A stretch of DNA of 63,005 nucleotides, the filler included, from Candidatus Eiseniibacteriota bacterium (GTDB lineage Bacteria > Orphanbacterota > Orphanbacteria > Orphanbacterales > Orphanbacteraceae): the NCBI GenBank assembly GCA_043809585.1. It is 5 parts of 5 records of this genome, joined end to end, with 100 filler letters (N's around TTAATTAATTAA, not from the genome) between each part and the next. Parts side by side here need not be neighbours in the genome. Positions count along the whole stretch, not along the records: positions 1 to 21,483 come from JBDROZ010000016.1; 4 more parts are not named here. One strand, given 5' to 3'. Positions 1 to 9,846 of this stretch are shown piece after piece; position 1 is the stretch's first letter; each line of letters opens with the position of its first letter. Made by a program: the position numbers and the translations under genes. The notes beneath the pieces are model-generated. The model was not told the DNA's origin and ran no database searches. It was given only the letters and a program-made list of their open reading frames with translations.

Positions 1-86
1 TTGAGCTGGACGTCGAGGAGGTTCGGGATGTCCATGATCGAGGGGATCTTGGAGAAGTTCAACCTCTCAACCGAATGGATAGCCAA
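1..86 (-). CDS. rpoB: RNA polymerase beta subunit, 5' end only (runs off window)
   Basis: Minus strand from TTG at 86 reads MAIHSVERLNFSKIPSIMDIPNLLDVQL, an RpoB N-terminus; follows rplL; purine-rich RBS upstream. Confidence 0.9.
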   Translation of the reverse strand, partial: MAIHSVERLNFSKIPSIMDIPNLLDVQL

Positions 87-203
87 TCTCTTCTCTCCCC
101 TGGGTACGATGGATACGGCCGCGACCGGATCCGGAAGACCCTCGGGCCCCGGACCCGGTGCGGTTACGAACTCACAACCACGAAAAAGCCGCCGGGCCGC
201 GGG

Positions 204-623
204 TTATTTCAAATCAGCCTGGCCGCCCGCTTCCTCGATCTTGGCTTTGATGCTCTCGGCCTCTTCCTTGCTCACGCCTTCCTTAATGGCCTTCGGCGAG
301 TTGTCGACGAGATCCTTGGCCTCCTTCAGCCCGAGGCCGGTGATCGCCCGCACCTCCTTGATGACCTGGATCTTCTTGTCGCCGCAGGCGGTCAGGATCA
401 CGTCGAACTCGGTCTGCTCTTCCGCCTCGGCCTCGCCGCCGGCCGCCATGCCGCCCATGGGCATCGCCATCGCCTGGGGCGCCGCCGAAACTCCGAACTT
501 GTCTTCCAGGGCCTTCACGAGCTCCGACGCCTCGAGGACGGTGAGCTTTTCGATGGCCGCCACGACCTCCTGAATCTTGGGGGAAACCTCGACGGTCTCC
601 TTGGTGGCCGCTTCGTCAGTCAT
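204..623 (-). CDS. rplL: 50S ribosomal protein L7/L12
   Basis: [10 protein letters not shown]...[24 protein letters not shown] motif; ATG 623 after GGGAGG. Confidence 0.97.
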   Translation of the reverse strand: MTDEAATKETVEVSPKIQEVVAAIEKLTVLEASELVKALEDKFGVSAAPQAMAMPMGGMAAGGEAEAEEQTEFDVILTACGDKKIQVIKEVRAITGLGLKEAKDLVDNSPKAIKEGVSKEEAESIKAKIEEAGGQADLK

Positions 624-757
624 GGTGTCTTCCTCCCGATCTTCGATCAGGGGACTCCGCCGCCGGGCGGGTCCCGTGGCTGTTTCCGGACTCACTTGCC
701 GATCGCGCCGAGACTTCGCGAGGTCGGCATTTATCGAAAGCTCTCCGCCTATCGCGC

Positions 758-1294
758 CTAGGCCGCCTGGCTTCCGGCTTCCTTCTGCTTACGGATTTCG
801 TCCACGGCGACGGCCAGATAGGTCATCACCGCGTTTACCGCCCCGGCGACGCCTGTGATCGGAGCGTTCAGAAGACCCAGAACCTGCGCCACCAACACAG
901 GCTTCGCGGGAAGTTCCGCGACTCTCTGGATCTGCTCCGCATTCAGTACGGCGCCGTCGATGTAGCCGCCCTTGAGGGCCGGCAGTTTGTGGATCTTGGC
1001 GAATTCCGTCAGGACCTTCGCCGGAATGGTCGGATCGCTCGAAGTGACGGCCCAGCCGGTGGGCCCCCCCTCGAAGTACTTCGTCAGACCTTCCATGTCC
1101 GTCTCGCGGACCGCGATCCGACCGAGGGTGTTCTTGATCACGTAGAACTCGGCGTCGTTCTTGTAAAACTGGCGCCGGAGCTCGTTGATCCTCTCCACGG
1201 TCAGACCGGTGAAGTCGGCGAGAACCACGGCCTGCGCTCCCTCCAGCTTTTTCTTGAGGGTGGCGACGGCCGCTTCCTTCTTCGGTGTCGGCAT
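758..1294 (-). CDS. rplJ: 50S ribosomal protein L10
   Basis: DFTGLTV...LRRQ...VIKNTL motifs; lies between rplA and rplL. Confidence 0.97.
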   Translation of the reverse strand: MPTPKKEAAVATLKKKLEGAQAVVLADFTGLTVERINELRRQFYKNDAEFYVIKNTLGRIAVRETDMEGLTKYFEGGPTGWAVTSSDPTIPAKVLTEFAKIHKLPALKGGYIDGAVLNAEQIQRVAELPAKPVLVAQVLGLLNAPITGVAGAVNAVMTYLAVAVDEIRKQKEAGSQAA

Positions 1295-1310
1295 CGATTC
1301 GTCCCCCTCG

Positions 1311-2009
1311 CTACCGGTTGAGAAGCTCGGCCTGAATGTCCAACCGGACTCCCGGCCCCATGGTCGACGAGAGGGTGACGTTCTTCCAATACGTCCCCTT
1401 CGACACCGTCGGCTTCGCCCGGTGCAACTCGTTGATTACGGTGCGAATGTTCTCGGCGAGTTTTTCCTTCTGGAAGGAGGCCTTGCCGACGGGCACGTGG
1501 ATGTTCCCGGTCTTGTCGGTCCGGTACTGAATCCGGCCCGCCTTGACTTCGCTCACCGCCTTGCCCACGTCGAAGGTCACGCTGCCGCTCTTCGGGTTGG
1601 GCATGAGGCCCCGGGGCCCGAGAACCTTCCCGAGCTTTCCGACGTCCCGCATCATGTCCGGTGTGGAGATGACCGCGTCGAAGTCAATCCAGCCGCCCTG
1701 GATCTTCTCGACGAACTCGGCGTCGCCGACGTAGTCGGCCCCCGCCTCCTCGGCTTCCTTGACCTTCTCGCCTTTCGCGAACACGAGCACGCGCACCGTC
1801 TTCCCCGTTCCATGGGGGAGGACGATGGTTCCGCGCATCTGCTGGTCCGAGTGACGAGGGTCGACGCCGAGGCGGGCGGCCATTTCCACGGTCTCGTCGA
1901 ACTTCGACTTCGCGCCTTCCTTGATCATGTCGATCGCGACGTCGAGTCCGTACCGCGTCGTGCGATCGATCTTGTCGATCGCCGCGCGATACCGCTTCCC
2001 TGGCTTCAT
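1311..2009 (-). CDS. rplA: 50S ribosomal protein L1
   Basis: KFDETVE...LPHGTGK...[13 protein letters not shown]...SSTMGPG. Confidence 0.98.
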   Translation of the reverse strand: MKPGKRYRAAIDKIDRTTRYGLDVAIDMIKEGAKSKFDETVEMAARLGVDPRHSDQQMRGTIVLPHGTGKTVRVLVFAKGEKVKEAEEAGADYVGDAEFVEKIQGGWIDFDAVISTPDMMRDVGKLGKVLGPRGLMPNPKSGSVTFDVGKAVSEVKAGRIQYRTDKTGNIHVPVGKASFQKEKLAENIRTVINELHRAKPTVSKGTYWKNVTLSSTMGPGVRLDIQAELLNR

Positions 2010-2053
2010 GGAATCACCTCTTGATCTCCCGCCTGCGCGAGCCTTGTGGGGGC

Positions 2054-2488
2054 TTAGCCTTCGACCTCGATCCCCATGCTCCGGGCGGTCCCTTCGATCA
2101 TCCGCATCGCCATTTCGGTGTCGTGGGCGTTCAGGTCCGCTTTCTTCAATTCCGCGATCTCCTGGACCTGCTTCCGCGTCACCTTGGCCACTTTGTTCCG
2201 GTTCGGCTCGCCGGAGGCCTTGGCGATGCCCGCCGCTTTCTTCAGAAGCACCGCCGCGGGCGGCGACTTCGTGATGAAACTGAACGAGCGATCGGCGTAC
2301 ACCGTGATGACCACGGGGATGATGAGCCCCGCGTCCTGCTGGGTGCGCGCGTTGAACGCCTTGCAGAACTCCATGATGTTGACGCCCTGCTGGCCGAGCG
2401 CCGGGCCCACGGGAGGGGCGGGCGTGGCGTTGGCGGCGGGAATCTGGAGTTTGATGAACCCGAGTACTCTTTTCTTCGGTGCGCCCAT
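2054..2488 (-). CDS. rplK: 50S ribosomal protein L11
   Basis: [27 protein letters not shown]...GTARSMG. Confidence 0.98.
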   Translation of the reverse strand: MGAPKKRVLGFIKLQIPAANATPAPPVGPALGQQGVNIMEFCKAFNARTQQDAGLIIPVVITVYADRSFSFITKSPPAAVLLKKAAGIAKASGEPNRNKVAKVTRKQVQEIAELKKADLNAHDTEMAMRMIEGTARSMGIEVEG

Positions 2489-2527
2489 TTTCGTCTTTCC
2501 GCGCTTTCCGGACGGGGGCCCCGCGTC

Positions 2528-3301
2528 CTACAAGCTCTTCACCTGCAAAAAGTCCAGCTCCACGGGCGTGGCCCGGCCGAAGATGGAGACCATCACCTTC
2601 AACTTGCCCCGTTCCGGATTCACTTCGTCGACGACGCCCGTGAAATCGGTGAATGGCCCGTCGGTCACCTTCACGTGCTCGCCGACATCATAAGGAATGG
2701 TGGGCGTCGGCTTCTCTTTGGTCCCTTCGATCCGCCCCAGGATCCGGTCGATTTCGTCGCCGGAAATTGGCTGGGGCTTGGCGCCGATCCCGACGAACCG
2801 CGTCACACCAGGCGTGTTCGACACGACGCGCCACGTCTCGTCGGACATCTCCATCTGGACGAGGACGTAGCTCGGAAAGAACTTCTTGTCCGAGATCGTC
2901 TTCTTCCCGTTCTTCATCTCCGCCACGCTCTCGGTCGGAACGAGAACGCGCGGCACCTTTTCCTGAAGGGCGGCCTGCTTGACGGCCCGCTCGATGTTGT
3001 TCGCCGCCCGTTCCTCGTGGCCCGAGTACGTGTGCACCACGAACCACTCGAGGTTGTCCTTCTTCTCTTCCGCCTTCGCCTCGACTTCGACGGCCGCGGA
3101 CCCGGCCGCCGCCCCGTTATCGCCGGCGGGAGCTTCTTCGGTGGGAGTTTCGGCGGCCTCTTCCGTTTCGGCATCGGCGGACTCGTCCGCCTCGTCCGCC
3201 CCCGTTTCGGGCGCCGCTTCCTGAGCGACCGACTCCTCCGGGGTTTCCCCGGCCTCGCTCAGGCCCTCCTCTCTCTCTTCACGCACCTCATTCATGAACA
3301 T
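2528..3301 (-). CDS. nusG: Transcription termination/antitermination factor NusG with long acidic N-terminal extension (start uncertain: 3295/3301/3304)
   Basis: [52 protein letters not shown]. Confidence 0.96.
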   Translation of the reverse strand: MFMNEVREEREEGLSEAGETPEESVAQEAAPETGADEADESADAETEEAAETPTEEAPAGDNGAAAGSAAVEVEAKAEEKKDNLEWFVVHTYSGHEERAANNIERAVKQAALQEKVPRVLVPTESVAEMKNGKKTISDKKFFPSYVLVQMEMSDETWRVVSNTPGVTRFVGIGAKPQPISGDEIDRILGRIEGTKEKPTPTIPYDVGEHVKVTDGPFTDFTGVVDEVNPERGKLKVMVSIFGRATPVELDFLQVKSL

Positions 3302-3313
3302 CACCCCGAGGGG

Positions 3314-3514
3314 CTAGCGGAACACGACCGATATGATCCGCGACAGCCCGAAATCCACGATCCCGATGAAAATCGAGATCAGGATCACGGCCACCACGAC
3401 CACGCCGGTCGATCCCTTGAGTTCTTCCCAGGACGGCCAAGCTACTTTTTGCAGCTCGATCCACACTTCCTTCAGGAACCGGACCAGCCTTTGAACAATT
3501 CCGGTGTCACTCAT
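3314..3514 (-). CDS. secE: Preprotein translocase subunit SecE
   Basis: FLKEVWIELQKVAWPS plus one TM helix; between tRNA-Trp and nusG. Confidence 0.95.
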   Translation of the reverse strand: MSDTGIVQRLVRFLKEVWIELQKVAWPSWEELKGSTGVVVVAVILISIFIGIVDFGLSRIISVVFR

Positions 3515-3550
3515 CTCTCGCCATTCTCCGGTGCGGAGAGGAGAGGAACG

Positions 3551-3623
3551 CAGGTCAGGCAGGGATCGAACCCGCAACCCCCGGTTTTGGAGACCGGTGC
3601 TCTACCAGTTGAGCTACTGACCT
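3551..3623 (-). tRNA. tRNA-Trp(CCA); 3' CCA not encoded
   Basis: Cloverleaf AGGTCAG...CTGACCT-G; anticodon loop CT-CCA-AA; T-loop TTCGATC. Confidence 0.96.
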
Positions 3624-3721
3624 GTGTACTCTCCTTTATCCTTATTAGACTGAGGGACGCGCCGACCTTTTTCAGCCGGCGCGTTCCCCCGGGCGAATCC
3701 AATTCGCTTCCGATCCGGCCC

Positions 3722-4927
3722 CTATCCGAGAATCTCGGCAATCACGCCGGCACCGACGGTGCGGCCCCCCTCGCGGATCGCGAACCGGAGCGACTTCTCC
3801 ATGGCGATCGGCGTGTGCAGGTCGACCACGAGCTCCACGTTGTCGCCGGGCATGACCATCTCCCGTCCCTCGGGGAGCTTGGCCGTACCGGTCACGTCCG
3901 TGGTCCGGAAGAAGAACTGGGGACGGTAGCCGTCGAAGAACGGCGTATGGCGTCCGCCCTCCTCCTTTTTCAGGATGTAGACTTCGCCCCGGAACTTGGT
4001 GTGGGGCGTGACGGAGTTCGGCGCCGCGATGACCATGCCGCGCTCGAGCTCTTCCTTGTCCATTCCCCGGAGGAGGAGGCCGATGTTGTCGCCCGCCTGC
4101 GCCTCGTCCATCATCTTCCGGAACATCTCGACGCCGGTGACGACGGTGTCCTTGGTTTCCTTGATGCCGATCCGCTGGACCTTGTCGCCGACCTTCACCA
4201 CGCCCCGCTCGACCCGGCCGGTGCCCACGGTGCCGCGGCCGGTGATGGAGAAGACGTCCTCCACCGGCATCAGGAACGGCTTCTCCACGTCGCGCGCGGG
4301 CTCCGGAATGTGCGTGTCGATCGCTTCCATCAGTTCCTGGATGCACTTGCTCGCTTCCGGATCGTTCGGGTTGTTCATGGCGGCCAGCGCCGCGCCACGG
4401 ATGACCGGGGTGTCGTCCCCGGGGAAGTCGTAGCTGCTCAGGAGCTCGCGCACTTCCAGCTCCACCAGGTCGAGGAGCTCCGGATCGTCCACGGTGTCGA
4501 CTTTGTTCAGGAAGACCACGATGTGAGGCACGTTCACCTGGCGGGCCAGAAGGACGTGCTCGCGGGTTTGGGGCATCGGGCCGTCCGCCGCGTCCACCAC
4601 GAGAATGGCGCCGTCCATCTGGGCCGCGCCGGTCACCATGTTCTTCACGTAGTCGGCGTGCCCGGGGCAGTCGACATGCGCATAGTGACGGTTCTCGGTC
4701 TCGTACTCGACGTGCGACGTGGCGATCGTCAGGATCTTGGTCGCGTCACGCCGCCCCTGGGACTCGGACGCCTTTGCCACCTCGTCGTAGGTAATCGACG
4801 TGGCGAGACCCTTCGCAGCCTGCACCATGGTGATCGCCGAGGTCAGCGTGGTCTTGCCGTGGTCCACGTGCCCGATGGTGCCCACGTTCACGTGCGGCTT
4901 CGTTCGTTGGAACTTTTCTTTCGCCAT
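3722..4927 (-). CDS. tuf: Elongation factor Tu
   Basis: MAKEKF...GHVDHGKTT...[12 protein letters not shown]...[19 protein letters not shown]. Confidence 0.99.
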   Translation of the reverse strand: MAKEKFQRTKPHVNVGTIGHVDHGKTTLTSAITMVQAAKGLATSITYDEVAKASESQGRRDATKILTIATSHVEYETENRHYAHVDCPGHADYVKNMVTGAAQMDGAILVVDAADGPMPQTREHVLLARQVNVPHIVVFLNKVDTVDDPELLDLVELEVRELLSSYDFPGDDTPVIRGAALAAMNNPNDPEASKCIQELMEAIDTHIPEPARDVEKPFLMPVEDVFSITGRGTVGTGRVERGVVKVGDKVQRIGIKETKDTVVTGVEMFRKMMDEAQAGDNIGLLLRGMDKEELERGMVIAAPNSVTPHTKFRGEVYILKKEEGGRHTPFFDGYRPQFFFRTTDVTGTAKLPEGREMVMPGDNVELVVDLHTPIAMEKSLRFAIREGGRTVGAGVIAEILG

Positions 4928-4983
4928 CTGCTTCGTTCCTCCTAGCCAAAACGGGCGGCGGGGCGCAGGGCCTGATCTCGAGG

Positions 4984-5059
4984 TGGAGCCCACGACCAGA
5001 ATCGAACTGGTGACCTATTGCTTACCATGCAATTGCTCTACCATCTGAGCTACGTGGGC
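4984..5059 (-). tRNA. tRNA-Thr(GGT)
   Basis: GCCCACG...CGTGGGC-T-CCA cloverleaf; anticodon GGT. Confidence 0.96.
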
Positions 5060-5139
5060 CCATTCCTGATGCCGCGGATTCTGTGTCGTTCGCTGCCACT
5101 CCTGCAGTCGCCGCCGTTTGCGGCGCCGCCTCTTCGAAC

Positions 5140-5216
5140 TGGAGCGGGAAACGGGATTCGAACCCGCGACCCTCAGCTTGGAAGGCTGATGCTCTAGCCA
5201 GCTGAGCTATTCCCGC
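5140..5216 (-). tRNA. tRNA-Gly(TCC)
   Basis: GCGGGAA...TTCCCGC-T-CCA; anticodon TCC. Confidence 0.96.
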
Positions 5217-5392
5217 ATGATCACACGTACGCCGGGCGGACATTCCCGGCGCCGCTCAGATCTATGAAAGCCCCTCCGGCATGGAGAAGGCCTTTGCGCG
5301 GTCCCCCGAGAAACCGGCCCGCGGACCGTTGACCCCGGGTCTTCACCGCCGCCCCGCACACCCGGCGCGCGGAGACGTGTTTATCGAAAGAG

Positions 5393-5474
5393 TGGGGAGG
5401 GGAGGATTCGAACCTCCGAAGGCTTCGCCGACAGATTTACAGTCTGTTCCCTTTGGCCACTCGGGAACCTCCCC
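5393..5474 (-). tRNA. tRNA-Tyr(GTA); 3' CCA not encoded
   Basis: GGGGAGG...CCTCCCC-A; anticodon GTA; long variable arm GGC-GAA-GCC. Confidence 0.95.
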
Positions 5475-5546
5475 AAAGATGCGCGCCCCTTTATCCGCCG
5501 GTCTGTCTCGACCCCCGAAGGGTTCGGATCCACCCACCCCGCCATT

Positions 5547-5621
5547 TGGAGCTGGCGAGAGGACTTGAACCCCCAACCACCTCATTACAAATGAGATGCT
5601 CTACCGTTGAGCTACGCCAGC
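5547..5621 (-). tRNA. tRNA-Thr(TGT)
   Basis: GCTGGCG...CGCCAGC-T-CCA; anticodon loop TT-TGT-AA. Confidence 0.95.
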
Positions 5622-5665
5622 AGCTAAACCTCGACAGAAGAAGCACCTGCAGAGACAGAACTTGT

Positions 5666-5694
5666 AAAGTAGCACCGGGTTGGAAATCTGTCAA
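5666..5694 (-). promoter_or_regulatory. Sigma70-type promoter of the tRNA-tuf operon
   Basis: TTGACA-17 nt-TACTTT with TG extension, about 45 nt upstream of tRNA-Thr(TGT). Confidence 0.65.
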
Positions 5695-5921
5695 TCAAAA
5701 ATGCCGAGGAATCAGGCAGGTGCGGCCCTTTTTTGAGAGGTCCCTCGAACTCGCCCGGGGGGCCGGCCCCACCCATGGGGAGAACATGCTAACACCGGCG
5801 CCCGAAGCGTGTCCAGGTTCGATCCGAGCCTGCCCCTCCTCGCCTACCCCCTCCCCCCCCTGCCAGATTCCTTCGGTATCAGGTACCGGAGCGGGGATGG
5901 TATCTGATAATCTTGACCGTC

Positions 5922-7979
5922 ATGAAAACGCGCCCCGTCCGACTCCTCATCGTCCTCTTCGTCATCGCCATGGCGCCTCGAGTGGCGTATCTTATTGAAG
6001 CCAAACAGAATCCGCTCTTCGAGGATCTTTACCTCGACGCAGACTCCTACGATCAGTGGGCTCGGGAGATCGCGGCGGGAGATGGGATGGGGGACCGACC
6101 CTTCCACATGGCCCCCCTTTACCCGTACCTTCTCGGCATTCACTACGCGTTCACCGACCACAACCTATTGTTATTACGTCTGTTTCAGCACACGATCGGT
6201 GCGGTCTCCGCCGTCTTCCTCTTTTTGGTCGCCCGGCGGCTTTTCGGCGCCCCCGTCGGTGTGGTCGCCTACATCCTCGGCCTCGGCTATGGACCCTTCC
6301 TTTATTTCGAGGGCCAAGTGCTCGCCTCATTTCTCGGCGTCTTCTTCGGCCTCCTCTCCCTCCACTTGCTCCTTCGATCCCTCGAACGGGGAGGGACGGG
6401 ACTGCTCTGGGCCGGACTGGCTCTCGGCGCCGGATCGCTTGCGAGACCGAACTTATTGTTTTTCATGCCATTAGTCGTCCTGTGGATAACTTTTCAAGGG
6501 CCCCGTCTTCGCCGGAGAGCAGCGCTTTACGCCGCCGGGTTTCTCGTCGCTCTCGTTCCTCCTCTCGTGCACAACCTCACGGTATCGGGTGAGTGGATCC
6601 CCATCTCCACCCATGGCGGCATCAGCTTCTACCTCGGCAACAACGAGTACACGAGCGGCACCTATGTCCCCCCGCCCCAATTCGGCGGAACTCCAGAAGC
6701 GATCGATATTTACGATTCCAAGCGACTGGCCGAGGCGGACACGGGCCGTTTCATGTCGGCCACGGAGATCTCGAACTACTGGTATGGGCGGAGCTTCGAG
6801 TGGATGAGGGAGCACCCCGGACGCGTTCTGATGCTCCTTGGACGTAAGATCTTGTTGTATTTCAATGCATTCGAGATCCCCCTCGACTACAACTTCGAAT
6901 TCGACCGGAGCCTCTACCGCGTTCTCCGTCTCGCCCCCGTCTCCTTCGGGGTCCTTCTTGCCCTCGGCCTGGCGGGGATCTTCCGGCTGCCGTCCGACGG
7001 CCGGGCCAGGGGTTGGCTCCTCGTTCTCTTCGTTCTCGCCAACGCGGCGTCGGTGATCGCCTTCTTTGTCTGCGCCCGGTACCGGCAAACCGCGGTCCCG
7101 GCGGTGGCGATTCTCGCGGCCCTCTTCGTGGTGCGCCTCGCCGAAGACGCCCTGGCCGGGCGTTGGCGGCGGTTCGCCGGGTTCGCCGCCCTCGCGCTCC
7201 TCCTCGCGGTCCCGATCCACCTCGAGGTTTACCGGGGGCGGGAGACGAGCGAAGCTCGGTCGGCCTGCATTCTCGGAAAGGCCTACGCCGCGGCGGGGGA
7301 GCCGAAGAAGGCGGAAGCGGCGTTTCTTCATGCCCTTTCGGTGGTGCCCGGCCACGAGGAGACCCGGATGAACCTCGGCTCCTTCTACTATGATATTGGG
7401 CGCTACCGCGAGGCGGTGGAGGCGTTCCGGGGGGCGACGGAGAACGATCCCGAGTTCGCGGGGGCGTGGAACAACCTCGGCAATGCCCTTCGGGAGGCGG
7501 GAGAAAGGGAGCGGGCGATCGAAGCGATTGAGCGGGCGCTCCGCATCGACCCCGCCTACGCCGGCGCATGGAACAATCTCGGCTACACTCTCGCCCTCGC
7601 CGGCCGGGAGGACGACGGAGAACGGGCGTACGAGCGGGCGATCGGGCTCGACCCCGAGTCGGTTCACGCCTGGGCGAATCTGACCGATCTTCTAATTCAG
7701 GGGGGGCGTCTGGATGACGCCGTCTCCCTGGTCGACCGGGGCGCGGAACGGAATCCCGGCTCCCTCGAGTTCGCCTGGAAGCGGGAGCGAACGGAAAGGG
7801 CCGCGGCAGCCTACCGGGTGGCGGTGGATGCGGCGGGCCGGGGCGATCGGGCCGAGGCCGGACGGAATCTCGCCGAAGCGATCAGGCAGGGGGGAGAGCC
7901 GGTCCGACGATGGGCCTCCCGGGACCCGGCGCTTGCCCCGCTTCGGAATGACGGCCCCGGCGGAGGATCAGGACCATAA
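5922..7979 (+). CDS. GT-C fold (ArnT/PMT, GT39/83-like) membrane glycosyltransferase with C-terminal TPR repeats
   Basis: LDADSYDQWA, PLYPYLLG, RPN, GGISFYLGNN, ARYR motifs; many TM segments; TPR motifs AWNNLG. Confidence 0.85.
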   Translation: MKTRPVRLLIVLFVIAMAPRVAYLIEAKQNPLFEDLYLDADSYDQWAREIAAGDGMGDRPFHMAPLYPYLLGIHYAFTDHNLLLLRLFQHTIGAVSAVFLFLVARRLFGAPVGVVAYILGLGYGPFLYFEGQVLASFLGVFFGLLSLHLLLRSLERGGTGLLWAGLALGAGSLARPNLLFFMPLVVLWITFQGPRLRRRAALYAAGFLVALVPPLVHNLTVSGEWIPISTHGGISFYLGNNEYTSGTYVPPPQFGGTPEAIDIYDSKRLAEADTGRFMSATEISNYWYGRSFEWMREHPGRVLMLLGRKILLYFNAFEIPLDYNFEFDRSLYRVLRLAPVSFGVLLALGLAGIFRLPSDGRARGWLLVLFVLANAASVIAFFVCARYRQTAVPAVAILAALFVVRLAEDALAGRWRRFAGFAALALLLAVPIHLEVYRGRETSEARSACILGKAYAAAGEPKKAEAAFLHALSVVPGHEETRMNLGSFYYDIGRYREAVEAFRGATENDPEFAGAWNNLGNALREAGERERAIEAIERALRIDPAYAGAWNNLGYTLALAGREDDGERAYERAIGLDPESVHAWANLTDLLIQGGRLDDAVSLVDRGAERNPGSLEFAWKRERTERAAAAYRVAVDAAGRGDRAEAGRNLAEAIRQGGEPVRRWASRDPALAPLRNDGPGGGSGP

Positions 7980-7981
7980 TC

Positions 7982-8971
7982 GTGGAACCCCGATCGGACA
8001 GCCCCGTCTCCGTTGTTCTTCCCGTCCGCGACGCGGAGGAGACCATCGAGCGCGCCCTCGAGGCGGTCTTCGCTTCGACATCGCCCCCCCGGGAGGTGGT
8101 GGTCGTCGACGACGGATGCACCGACGGAACCATCGACATCGCCCGCCGCTTTCCCGTCAGAATCGAGCGGTCGGGAGACCCCGGGGGCGTCGCGGCCGCA
8201 CGAAACGCGGGCGCCGCCAAGACGAGCGGGCCGATTCTCTTCTTCCTCGATGCCGACGTGGTGATCGAACGCCGCGCCCTCGAGGCGGCGGAACGGGTCC
8301 TCGACGATCCATCCATCTCGGTGGCGATAGGCTTGCAGTCGGCGCGGGCCGCCTTCCCCAACCCCCCGACGGCCTACAAGAACCTGTGGCTCCGCTACAC
8401 CTACGAGAAGAAGGCCGACCGCATCTCGGTGCTTTACTCGAGCGCCGTCGCGATCCGGCGGGAGGTGTTCGACGAAGTGGGGGGGTTTGACGTCAACTAC
8501 CGGAAGCCGAACATCGAGGATTCGGAACTCGGCAAGCGGATCACCGACGCGGGCCACCGGATGGCGGTGGTGCCGGAGGTCGGGTTTTTGCACATCAAGA
8601 GGTACACCGTGGGGGGAATGGCGCGGACCGATTTTCACAGGACCGCCGGGATGACGAAGGTCCAGCTCCGGGACCGGTTCCGGCGAATCCGAAGGGAGAA
8701 CTACTCATCCATTCCCACGTCGTTTCTTATCTCCTGCCTCGCCCCCTGGTTCGCCGCGGCCGCCTACGCGGCCGGCGAATCGGACCTCGCCTTCCCCGGC
8801 GCGTCGCTCCTCGTGATCCTCCTGAACTTCTTCTGGCTCCGGGCCCTCCGACAACACGAAGGGCGGCGCGCCGCCCTTCTCGGCATCCTCTTCCTTCATC
8901 TCGACGTGGCGGCGGTGAACCTCGGCGCCGCGTGGGGGTTCCTCGAGTACCTCGGCGGCGAGCGGTACTAA
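7982..8971 (+). CDS. Glycosyltransferase family 2
   Basis: VSVVLPVRD, VVVDDGCTDGT, AAARNAG, FLDAD, GGFD, EDSE; C-terminal TM helices. Confidence 0.9.
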   Translation: MEPRSDSPVSVVLPVRDAEETIERALEAVFASTSPPREVVVVDDGCTDGTIDIARRFPVRIERSGDPGGVAAARNAGAAKTSGPILFFLDADVVIERRALEAAERVLDDPSISVAIGLQSARAAFPNPPTAYKNLWLRYTYEKKADRISVLYSSAVAIRREVFDEVGGFDVNYRKPNIEDSELGKRITDAGHRMAVVPEVGFLHIKRYTVGGMARTDFHRTAGMTKVQLRDRFRRIRRENYSSIPTSFLISCLAPWFAAAAYAAGESDLAFPGASLLVILLNFFWLRALRQHEGRRAALLGILFLHLDVAAVNLGAAWGFLEYLGGERY

Positions 8972-9333
8972 TCCGCGACAACCGCGGTGTAACCCGCGGC
9001 GGCGACGGCGGCGAGCAGGGCGCCCTCGATGTCGTCGTGGGTCGAAAGGGCGACCACGGCCCGCGCCTCTTCAAGGCTGACATCGGCCGATACCACGCCC
9101 GGCGTCTTCTCGAGAGATGTCTTGATCATGTGCTCGCATCCGCTGCAGTGCATACCGCTCACGTCGAGCACGACGGTGCGCACCGCAGCCGCCGGGGCGC
9201 GCTCCTCGGACTCGACTGTTTCGGGCGCCTCCGCATCGCTTCCGAACCAAGACGGCGCGAAGACGACGCCCGCCCCGATCGACAGGATGAGAACGATCAG
9301 GATGATACGGATCGAACGATTGCCGCTGCCCAT
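8968..9333 (-). CDS. Exported heavy-metal-associated (HMA) domain protein
   Basis: N-terminal TM/signal; LDVSGMHCSGCEHMIK (GMxCxxC). Confidence 0.85.
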   Translation of the reverse strand: MGSGNRSIRIILIVLILSIGAGVVFAPSWFGSDAEAPETVESEERAPAAAVRTVVLDVSGMHCSGCEHMIKTSLEKTPGVVSADVSLEEARAVVALSTHDDIEGALLAAVAAAGYTAVVAD

Positions 9334-9644
9334 GGCGGGATCCTCCAACCGGAGACGGTGCCGGTCCCTCTTGGGGCCGGCCGCCAACCCTCGCCCAAGG
9401 TAGACGAGCCGGCCCCGTTCCATCAAGCACCATCGGAGCCGGACACACGTATCTTATTGGAATTTATCGAGATTCCAGGGGGGAGGCGGCACCAGGCCCT
9501 TCGGCGTCCCAAGCTCAGGCCGCCGGCGTCCCTGCGATTTCCGGGCCGGAACCCCGGTCGCCAATGATCTCGTAAACATTAGGCTTAAGCCGTTCTCACC
9601 GATCTGCCGATAAAGAAAATGACGGAACGTGAAAGGAGGACGGC

Positions 9645-9830
9645 ATGGAGCGAGAGATACTGACCGCGGATCAAGTGGCCGACTACCTCCGGCTCAGCCG
9701 GAAATCGGTCTACCGCCTCGCCCGCGCCGGCGTGATCCCCGCCAAAAAGATCATGAACCAGTGGCGCTTCGAGCGGACACGCCTGAACGAGTGGATTCGG
9801 GAAAAAGAGGAAGAGACGATCCAGGTGTAG
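9645..9830 (+). CDS. Small helix-turn-helix (HTH_17/excisionase-like) DNA-binding protein
   Basis: ILTADQVADYLRLSRKSVYRLARAGVIPAKKIMNQWRF; RBS AGGAGG. Confidence 0.9.
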   Translation: MEREILTADQVADYLRLSRKSVYRLARAGVIPAKKIMNQWRFERTRLNEWIREKEEETIQV

Positions 9831-9846
9831 TGACCGTTCCGGCCGC

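Noticed and set aside
3624-3721. rpmG between tuf and tRNA-Trp
   Set aside because: Only ~100 nt and no L33-like frame
2021-4945. Long antisense ORFs (e.g. 2021-4945 +, 26904-28871 +, 31423-34152 +, 41168-45175 -, 52421-55093 -)
   Set aside because: Shadow frames of real high-GC genes on the opposite strand; no domain motifs
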